Program-made: the position numbers and the translations under genes
Shown: piece by piece, positions 54,009-64,000 of the stretch
How the letters are laid out: each line of letters opens with the position of its first letter
How positions within the stretch are numbered: the stretch's first letter is position 1
DNA from: Octopus vulgaris
Lineage: Eukaryota
Assembly: GCA_951406725.2 (NCBI GenBank)
Contig: OX597818.1
Coordinates: 73,470,001-73,534,000 of the forward strand
Direction: 5' to 3'
DNA length: 64,000 bases
The notes under the pieces: model-generated
Told to the model about the DNA's origin: nothing
Database searches by the model: none
What the model saw: only the letters and a program-made list of their open reading frames with translations

Positions 54009-56398
54009 AAAAGGTTATAGATTAAAAATTTTAAATTTCAAACTTAAATAATCAAAAGTTTTATTGCAGTTAGCTAGCTTCTAAGATACTTAAGTTGATA
54101 GAGAAGAAAAGAAAAAAAATGTAGGCATATTGTAACGACGGTGGATACATATACGCAAGTGTTATGTCTGTTGATTTTGCTTGCGTTTGAACCTATGGAA
54201 GAATCTAAAGGTGCAATGGAAATTATGCTTACAGGAAGAGAATGTTTCGTGTTGTTTATTGAGTAATTGTGGCGGATTATGAATTAATATTTGGAGTTTA
54301 CCTAATCCGAGTGCATGATGATCTCCAGGCCCATAATGTTGATGATGTCGACGACGGTGAATTAAACATACTAAATTGTGAAATTGTAGGTAAGAATTAA
54401 AATTTTCGAACCAAAAGGATGCTATAATATTCTGCACCTGTGTATTCGTGACGTTTAGCACTTGCTACACGTTTAGAAAGTCTTTTATTGTCCACTCACA
54501 TATTTCAAATGTCAGCAAACGGCTATACTTTAATTAGAATTACTATAGCCTCTGTTATCACGATAAAATATTTCTGTCTTGGAATTTTCTTTGAAGAAAC
54601 TACAGCAAAACTTATTCTCAAAGACAACTGGCAAAAGGTTCTTGTTGCCAACATGACCATTACATGAAATGACGCCTTTCCAAATTCATCGCTAGTTTTA
54701 ACATTGCCAAAAACTTTTGTGAACAACTTCCAGAAAATTCACAATTTTATAACAGTGAAAGTTTTATGAATGTCTCCTTGGCCGTACAGTTATAAAGTGC
54801 ACTACACCAGCATGTTTTTCTGAGTATGATTTGCATTCTCGACACATCAAGTGATTTCAGTATTTTGCAGGTGTTGAATTGAGTTTTGCTTAGTGAAATT
54901 CTGCAGAAGAGGAATATGTATATGGATGTACTGTATATTTTGTGGGTGAGAGACAAAATCTCAGTTTAGCAACAATACTTGGTCTGTAATGCTAACAGCA
55001 GACTCTTCACAACTACAATCATCGGGTCAGGTATAGGGATACTTGCAACTTAGGAAGGCTTATTTGTAAGTACTGGCTTTAGAGTCACTACTTCGGAAAT
55101 TTGAGTCGTTAATGCGCATCCCGCGCGAACTAGAACGTGAGAGAACCGTGTCGGCATACGCAGACGTCGCCCACCCTATATAGTCGAACACCAAGCGTAC
55201 GAAGCAGAGACGGAAGCAAACATTAACCAATAAAATTCTGTGAAGCTTGGTACCTGGAGGGGAAGGCTCATGCCATCGAACAACGTCGTGAGATTGCAGG
55301 ATGCTGGACTGAGGGTCTGATTAAATTGCACGAGGTGTGGTTTGGTCAGGATCTTCAGGTGAAAAACTGGGAAGACGTGAAAATCAGGGTAGCTAACCTC
55401 ATCTAGAAATGAGCTGAGAGAAAGCTTTCCCTGAATGGCTTGGCAGATATAACGAATGCTTACAACGCATTTGCTATTTGCTATCGCCTGACCGTCGTGA
55501 GAGCATTTCGGGTTATTGAATATAGTAACTGAAAAACTATAAATTTTTAAGTGATATGAAGCCATCTTCATAGCAAGTATTCCCGACTTTTGTTGATGAT
55601 ATATTTTTGATATGATGTTTATATTGTATATTTTAATTATCCATGTTATGTAAAAATAAAATGAACTTTCTGCAGCTGGTGAATTTGATGGTATACTGCA
55701 TACATGCATCTCAGCATGTTACCGTTCGTTCATGTGTTTTCTAGTTTCTATTTTGTATCTAATTCTCATTAAAGGAACTTATTTAAATGTTGTTACTATG
55801 GATAAAATATAACTCCAGGTTAGCGTGGATCAATATGTACCACAGTGTTTCTCTTTTTTTTTTATATCATAGAATGTCTTTCTTGAAGTGACCTTAAATC
55901 ATGTATATGATGTGCAACAAATTACACTGCTACTGTTAGAAATGTCTGAGGATACGTTGCTTCATATTTATTAGCTCTAAATAATTAGTGTAATGTAACT
56001 TTATTCTTCAGAAACACTACTCGTGAATGATGGGCTGAATAAGATGAGAGCATATTCAATGAACGAGTGCATCGTTACACTACAATGTATTAATTAGGCT
56101 GCTACGTTTCGTAAAATAGATATCTTCAGTGGAATACAGATTTCAAACATTTGTTGCGCAGTATTACGTAGTTATAAGCGCATCATTGAGTAAAATATTT
56201 CCAACACAAGTAAGAACAGAATACGTAAATATATACATAGATAAATGCACATATATATATAAACAGATATACATATGTATGCATTTCTGTTTATATAATA
56301 TAAAAGATCAATGAATCAGTAGAGGCTGCTTGATACATATATATGTATATACATACATATATATATTCATGCATACATACATACACATACAAACACAA

Positions 56399-56440
<42 letters not shown>

Positions 56441-56648
56441 TTACATACATATATATATGTATGTGTGTGTGTGTGTGTGTGTGGTTTATGTGTATGCTCA
56501 TATATTTGTTTACTCACGCTTACATACATTTTCATACATATTTGATAAGCGTCGACATATGAAAGTTAATATATTTTCGTTTACAGATTTATGTACATTT
56601 AAACTATCGATAAAGTTTAGATATATGAACATAAGTATACATAACTAG

Positions 56649-56681
<33 letters not shown>

Positions 56682-56700
56682 TATAGATAGATGGATGGAC

Positions 56701-56746
<46 letters not shown>

Positions 56747-58407
56747 TTAGATAGATAGATTAGTGATCCACTCATTCATGATTATTTTTTTCAAATGACC
56801 ATTATTTTGTTTAAAATTTACGTTTAAAAACAAACAAATAAATATACAATTAATTGTAGAGCGATCGTGTTATATACCTTTTATGTTGATATTTTTATTG
56901 TCTTTAGCAAAACCAAGGTGGAAGACATTTACCTGAAAAGAAAAGTTAAAAGTAATTGAATGTATTGTTTAGAGTATTGTGCATTATCATAGTATACTTG
57001 AATGTGGTATGAAAAATTTCATCAAAATCGATATTGTTTTCCACAACGAATAAATGAATAAGCCATAAAAATAATGGAATCCATTGTAAATTAATATAAA
57101 TATCATTCCACAATAAATTGCTGATAATAAAATCTCTTACTTATTTAAACATTAATTTACATGTTTATTCGTCGAATAAGTATAATGAAAGGAAACATTA
57201 TCAATGTAATAAGAAATAAAGTTTGGCGAGAAAACAATGCATTTAGTTTTTCATTATCAAAATGAAACTGAGGATCACGGGTTATTTTCATCCTAAGTCA
57301 TTGTATTCTTCTCCATAATTATAGAATATCATGCAACTGACTATGTATTATCTTAAAAAAAGATTGCACGTTTTTCAACACAAGTGATGATGTAAAATAG
57401 TCTATAGATATGATGTTGCAAAAGAAGTCTTAGTATTCGGAGTCTATAGAGAAATTGTCTCAAGGATAGATGAGGTTTGCAAACAGTATGTTTGACCATG
57501 GATTTTTGGGAGACATATATGTCTATCGTCGCCAAGCTGTAATTGATAACCAAGAGAAGGCTGAGACCTACGTAGCTTGATATCAGTGTCCTTTATAATT
57601 CAAAGAACCGAAAACGTCACAGCATAACAGCTAATCCAACGTTGTATCAGTTCGCCGATCCACAGATCTGGATTGCTACCTGATTCTTGAAGGATGGAAA
57701 GCAGTAGTTTCATATTCCCCCAAACAGATGAAAGACAATTTTCATCTTGTCGACATTTGAACCCAACATTATACATAGCTTAGTGAGGTGTTTATAATTA
57801 CTTGCAACTTTTCAAATATATTGATGCCAAATGTTAGCTCTAGGCCTGAAATTTATGAGTGTGAGTTTGCTTATTTATGTCTTGTCTTTGCGTCCACTCG
57901 CCCAACGTTTCATTAGAGGAGTTTAAAGAATAATCAGCAGACAAAAAATTATGCGCTGTGGACGATTTCTTTCAACTAGCTTTATAAAGTGGGCCTCTAT
58001 CATTGGTCATTCTCTAATGAATGATGGTAAATAGGCGTTAAATGGTAAACGCACGGTGTGCAATATCTCAAACCAGATTTATAGCTATAAAAAGGCGACA
58101 AAATATGAAGCCACATGAAAACGATGCTACCGTCCTTCTGCTTCACTAACAAGACGTAAAATAGAAGAGATTGTTCTGTCTCACATTCAACTAAAAATTG
58201 AATTTGGTTGTGTATTTCTTGAACGATAAATTAACTCCTTTCGATATTGAACCACCAAAGAGCAAGTACGCTCCAGCTGTAACTCACATTGTCGTTAATT
58301 AAATCACATAGTCCACTCATAAATATAAATACTCTAAAAACAACTTGAAGGTTTGGCATGAATTCTAACTACTTCAAATTGTTAAACAGCAGTAATAATT
58401 GTAGTGT

Positions 58408-58495
<88 letters not shown>

Positions 58496-58496
<1 letters not shown>

Positions 58497-60635
58497 TAGC
58501 AGAGATACCCGACGTTCCCCGCTTACATTCATTTGAAGAATTAGACTTTTCTGTTATATATATATATATATATATGGATACACAAACACACACACACATA
58601 TATATATATTTTATTTTATTTTATTTTTATTTTATCTAGTTTCAGCTCACGAGCTGTGGCCATGCTGGGGCACCGCCATATATATATGTATATTAATATA
58701 AATACTTCAAAGTACATGAAGTTTGTTAAAAAAAAGGGGATCATGTATATACCTCCTGGCCGTTGAGATTATAACACCTCGTTGTAAACAATGTTCCTTG
58801 TTTTTCCTTGTGGAGCATATACAAAAATGTTTCTTGAGCAGCCAATATGCAGTTGCCCATGCAAGAAGCAGAGCTCTTCCAAGAGAAGACCAGCTACAGA
58901 GAGGGTTTGACCCTGAGACTTGTTAATGGATATGGCAAAGCTGATGCGAAGGGGGAATTGCAGTCTTCTGAATGTAAATGGAATTTCTGCTCCTGATGGA
59001 GTAAGAGGAATTCTTGGAATAAAGACGTCATCACCTTTTCCACATCCAGAAAGAATGATCGCCTCGATAACGAGTGACATCATTTTCTTTATCACACGTG
59101 TTCCATTGCAAAGGCTTGGTGGTTCCAGATTGCGGAGTAGCATTACAGGAGTTCCAACTTTAAGTGCTAATATGGGTGGAGGTAATCCAGGAGGCTCTAG
59201 TGAATTGAGAAATTCAGGAGGATAGTTCACAACTTCATTTATATCTGGAATTGTATCAACGGACTTGTAAGTGTGTATAGTACATGGAAGAGAATGCATT
59301 AGCTGTTGATTAATTTTGTTAACAGCGACGTTTTTTGGAGCTAATATTGCTCTTTCACACAGCCAATTGTGATTTTGGTAGTTTTTTGTGGTGTTGGGAA
59401 AGACTTCGTTTTTGAGGTCATCTACAGAATTAGCAACAAAGGAAAATGACCATACTTCCATTTGTCCTGCAGCATCGAGAGGCATCTTGCCTTCACCAAG
59501 TGTCAAAATGTCCTGTGCAAACTTTGTGGACATTTTGTCGCCGTGTAGCTGAGCTCTCATATTAGTGGTGAGACTGAGGATTGTAACATGATGCCACAGG
59601 GTAGAGGACTTTAGGCATGCTTGGTCTTCATCTGCTCTAGTGCCTTTCGGAATGACAGGAAGAGTTTGCCTGAAATCACCTGACAACAGAGGCGTTACAC
59701 GGCCCATTGGAGCCTGACAGTGTCGGTTGTCTTTCAGGGCTATATATAATGCTTCCAAAGCTCTCTTGTGAGCCATAGAGCACTCATCCCAGACAATTAC
59801 ATAACACATTTTAAGTACTTGTCCCTGATCTGAGCTTTTGTTGATGTGAAGGCATTTCGGATACTGCTAAATTGAGAGGGAGTTTAAAAGTTGAGTGTGC
59901 TGTTCTGCCACCGGGTAACAAAGGTTACAGCTACTGCAATGTCCTGATGCTGCCTAACTTCTGCAAGGAGAAGCTTTGTAATAAATGTTTTTCCTGTCCC
60001 TCCAGGGGCATCGAGGAAGAAGATTCGTCCCTCGCGTTGGCGTACACTGTTAAGAATAGTTCTGTAGGCCTGCAGCTGGTTCGGAAGCTGTACTTTGAAA
60101 GCGCTTGAGTGTCGTAGGTTGTTTCACGAATGACAGCAGTGGGAAGGCTATTTGACCCTGACCTGAATGCTTGTGGCAGGCCATACGTCGACAATTCATT
60201 TCCATTCCGTTTAGCAATTCTGTCTTCAATGTCAATGAGTGTTTTGTTATAGATTTCATTGCTGCTACCCTCCATGTCTTCAGCCAGGTTGTCTCTATAT
60301 TTGAGCCATAGAGTGGCCGGATCACACAGTTCGCATGCCTGTAGTAATACTGCAAATAGTGCCCTGAGACTTTTAGGAGATTGTGATAAAGCAGCCCCTC
60401 CTAAAGTTGCATCCCATTGTGCACCACCTTCTAACAGACCTTGTCGATAGCAGGTTTCTCTGTATGTTGTGCAGACATGTCCATGAACTGTTTTTAGGGC
60501 CTGGAAAGACGTTGGCCCTCTGACCTCATGCAGTAGTAGACAACGGTAGAAGCACTCTTGTCGATGCACTGTGTATACTTGCCCACGGCAAGTGTGAAAC
60601 TTAATGCCAGGGTATCCATGAACATGGATTTTGTT
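58496..60635 (-). mobile_element. Helitron RepHel remnant with 3' terminus (PIF1-like helicase, frameshifted upstream)
   Basis: ORF 58769..59809: IVWDECSM, GDFRQTLPVI, ILAPKN, MLLRNL..LCNGTR, RLQFPLRISFAISINKSQGQT, HGQL. ORF 59931..60569: LLLHEVRGPTSFQALKTV. Walker A DAPGGTGKT near 60000. 3' hairpin remnant and CTAG at 58496-58521 next to (TA)n. Confidence 0.95.
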
Positions 60636-60639
60636 GGTC

Positions 60640-60742
60640 TGAGGCTACAGCAGAAGATACATGCCAAGTCACCACACAGTGGGACTGAACCCAGGACCAT
60701 GTGTTTGGAACGTAGTTTGTTACCACACAGCCACTCCTGCCC
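60640..60742 (-). mobile_element. SINE family A 5' fragment
   Basis: cagtgggactgaaccc...taccacacagccactcctgc. Confidence 0.8.
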
Positions 60743-61499
60743 CTATGTATGTGTGTGTGTGTTTGTGTGTGTGCGTATGTGTGTATGGATAGATATATTA
60801 TGCATGTATATATGTGTATATATATGTGTACATATTACATGTACATCTGTATATAAACATCTACACATAAAATAAAAATACAAAGTTATATCTTGATATC
60901 GCTAGTGATAACAATACTCCAAATATATAACAGACTGGAATTGTTGGCCCGTCTCTTGCAATTTCGACCAATTGGATCTTGTCCTCCCTCTTGTATAGAA
61001 GTGTACGGCTGTAGCGAAATTCAGTTTTGGTCTTTCTTCTATCGAAGGCATTTTAACAAAAATGCTTCAGTAAAGAAGGTGAAAATATTGTCAATTTCCC
61101 CAAACCGGGGCACAATTCAATTTTTAAACAATAACCAAAGCCCCTTCTCCGAAAGGGGGAGGGTTACGGTTTACAATTATTTAACAAATGCAGCACAACA
61201 ACGTTTCCCTGACGAGGAACCAACAAACGTGATTACAATAGTCAAACAGTAATAATAATAACAAATCTTTTTAATTTATCCCCATTTATGTGAAACCACT
61301 TATTCAAGTTAAGTCATTGATGCAATTTTAAACGAATTGCTAATACACACATACACACACACATAATAAGGGTGAAAAATTGAATATTAATTTGATTAAT
61401 ATGAATTGAAAACCAGTGGTGTAGCCTATAAGACCATAGCGGATCTTCTTCTAGCCAAATAGATGACCACTTGTTAATGGTTCACCCCTGTTATATAAT

Positions 61500-61783
61500 A
61501 CATTCACTTTAATAGTTTCAGTATTAAAATGAAAATGTCTGCATTACAAAAGAGAGATGTTTTTGTTTCCCTTTTAACACGTAATACTGAAATAGTGGAG
61601 AAGATATGATATTGCTGTGGGGTCGCTTGAGGGAAAAAGTTAAGATTTTTTGCTGATGACACTCCTCGGACCTTAAGCAAGGCATGTGTAAAATTTGAAG
61701 GAAATTGGTTGTGTAGTTCTCAAGTTTTAGGGAAACACAGACAGACAGACAGACAGACACACATTCTCAGTTTTATATATAGA
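61500..61783 (-). mobile_element. Helitron-like 5' terminal fragment
   Basis: Reverse complement begins a|TCtatatataaaactgagaatgtgtgtctgtctgtc, i.e. 5'-TC plus a subterminal (GTCT)n tract. Confidence 0.55.
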
Positions 61784-62160
61784 TATATATATATATAGTT
61801 GAGTATTAAATGTAAAGTTCAATATTCTTTTTATAGGTAATTAACCAGTACTTTCATGGGATTTTGTTATCGCTGAATGAAGTTTGTAACCTTTAATTGT
61901 GCTATTGAACAGTCTCAAGTATAACAGGCCGAAACTGTAGTGATAATTAGAAGCTTGACTGTTGAATAGAAAGCCACGTATGTTCCGTCCTGGTTTTCCT
62001 GTCCGTTTCTGCATCATACAGCTGTCCGCATGTTTTCATTGTTGTCTTTTAAGTTCTTCTTCCGTGTTTTTGCGATATATATATGTGTGTGTGTGTGTGC
62101 GTGTGTGTGATTGTGTATGTGTGTGTATGTGTGTGTGTGTTTGTGTGTGTATAGTTTACA

Positions 62161-62776
62161 TAAGAGATGGCCATAGTCGGACATCTAAACCGCTAGAAGG
62201 AGTAGTTAAAATCCAAACCACAATTATGGTTAATTTCGGAAGGTAATGAAAAATAAAATCATTTACCATCTATATCCTGGACCATGGTTTCAAGCTATCT
62301 TCAGCATATCAAGTAATCTGCTAGGCGAAGCTCTCATCAGCAGGAAAGCCAAAGATTAAAATATAAGTCCGAGGCAATACAGAATATGGTGGTAACAAAT
62401 AACTAAATAATATTTTATTACCCTAAAATTTATTAATAATGATTCTTTTGGCTAATTTTGAAAGAAAATCGGCATTATGGCTATTTGCTGCCGATAAAAA
62501 AAAAACTGCTTGTGCGGTGAATTTGATAAATTATAACATGTAATCACGAGGTATGTTCTAAATTGCCTCGGACTTATATGTTAACCTTCGGCTTTCCAGC
62601 TGAGAGCTTCGCCTAGCAAATTACTTTATTTGTTGAAGATTGCTTGAAACCATGGTCCAGAAAATAGGTGGTAAATGTTTTTATTTTCATTCCCTTTCGA
62701 AATTACCCTTAAATGTTGTTTGGATTTTAACTACTCTTTCTAGCGGTTTAGATGTCCAATTATGGCCATCTTTTAA
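62161..62776. repeat. Inverted pair of ~225-bp HHR-bearing pLTR-like units
   Basis: 62161-62385 is an imperfect reverse complement of 62553-62776. Confidence 0.88.
62275..62345 (-). ncRNA. Type I hammerhead ribozyme with canonical core
   Basis: Reverse complement: tcctg-CTGATGA-gagct...agctt-GAAA-ccatgg-TC-cagga. Confidence 0.8.
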
Positions 62777-62884
62777 GTGTTTAAATGTAAATCGTATATA
62801 TAATGAATAATATACAATCTATTACCACGTTGGTAAAACATTTCTAGATAATATTTTACTACCCTGAAATTCATTAATAATATA

Positions 62885-62921
<37 letters not shown>

Positions 62922-62989
62922 AGATAGGGGTTGAAAATTCAACCCACCATGGGATAACATATATCCAATATACTGCTAGATAGGTACCC

Positions 62990-63316
62990 AGTAGGGTGTA
63001 CATCGGGGCAACTATGAATAGCATAAAACAGAGATTGAATTATCACAGATATACTTTTAGAAATAAAAATAGAATGTACTCTACAGGGTTAAGTGCATAC
63101 ATCTGGGAACTTAAAAGTAAGAACTTAGATTTTAGATTAAACTGGAAAATATTAACTTCAGCACCTGTGTATAATGGAAAAAGTAAAAAATGCACTCTAT
63201 GTATTAATGAAATTTTTTTCATTATTAAATCGGGTAGGCAAATTATTAACAACATAAATGAAAAAAAATTTTTTTGCATTCATAGACTACCGTTCACCTT
63301 TTCTAGATTCAAATAG
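62990..63316 (+). mobile_element. Penelope-like GIY-YIG endonuclease remnant (Naiad-like pattern)
   Basis: VYIGATMNSIKQRLNYHRYTFRN...STGLSAYIWELK...WKIL...Y....KKCTLC..E...CIH; paralogous to 50336-50958. Confidence 0.85.
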
Positions 63317-64000
63317 AACTTAGCACTTCTACTATTAATAATTTTTTAACTCCCTTCTGTAACTAACTATACTAGTGGTCTTCTATAATTCTAAAGTATG
63401 CAACTTATAAATTTATAATTTTATATAATTTTATAGCTACACATGTATAATAATAGATGTGTCTAGTATTAATTGTTTCTTGTTTTTTATATGTGGGTTT
63501 TTGTCTTGTTTTTTAAGGGAAATGCAATATGACATGAAATAACATATTCATTTTGGTATTTACCTTGTAATATGTGATTCTTGAAGTTTTCTAATATTGC
63601 ATAGTGTATACGTATATCTTGGTTAGATACCTAACTCTAGATAATGTAATGCTTTTGTGTAATATGTAATATATGAGAGCCTTTTGGGAGTTTGGTTTGT
63701 TTAGGTTGAGAATCTAGGTTTTTTGTATGTGTTTATTTGGCAGGTTTATATTGTATATTTGGTCTTTCTTTGTACTCACCTTAATTTGTATCTTATGTTA
63801 TTTACTAATAAACCTTTTCATTTACAAACATTTGGCTTTATAAATATTACCAGCCTTATATATTTAGTTTATATCTATAGTCTTCTTGATCTGTAATTTA
63901 AATTATCCTTCCATACATGTTTACTTTCATCAATATAATATATATATTCACTTTATTTTTTTATTTTATTACAATGGTATCTATCTTTGCATTTAGTCTT

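Noticed and set aside
58769-59809. Host PIF1 helicase gene
   Set aside because: Intronless, frameshifted upstream, preceded by Helitron-type sequence and followed by a Helitron 3' terminus.

Overview
AT-rich, microsatellite-dense animal DNA, most likely octopus (inferred from the tRNA-derived SINE families and the TA/CA/GATA/AAT tract density). I see no intact host protein-coding gene, and most listed ORFs are microsatellite read-through artefacts. The window is mostly decayed mobile DNA: Penelope-like (PLE) GIY-YIG and RT fragments, two Helitron helicase remnants plus a non-autonomous Helitron, several Tc1/mariner remnants, three adjacent R4/Dong-like LINE 3' ends, a CR1-like RT remnant, at least three SINE families and a long-TIR foldback element containing TTAGGG repeats. 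The most notable signal is a set of minimal type I hammerhead ribozyme (HHR) motifs with palindromic stem III, folded by eye. The clearest case is a young retrozyme-like array at 2175-3607: ~361-bp tandem units plus an inverted block, each unit carrying an HHR at the tip of a long rod-like stem, inserted in (TA)n. Further HHR motifs from unrelated sequence families occur at ~1640, 8050, 11400, 43500, 50100, 52630 and 62300. All boundaries are by eye and approximate.
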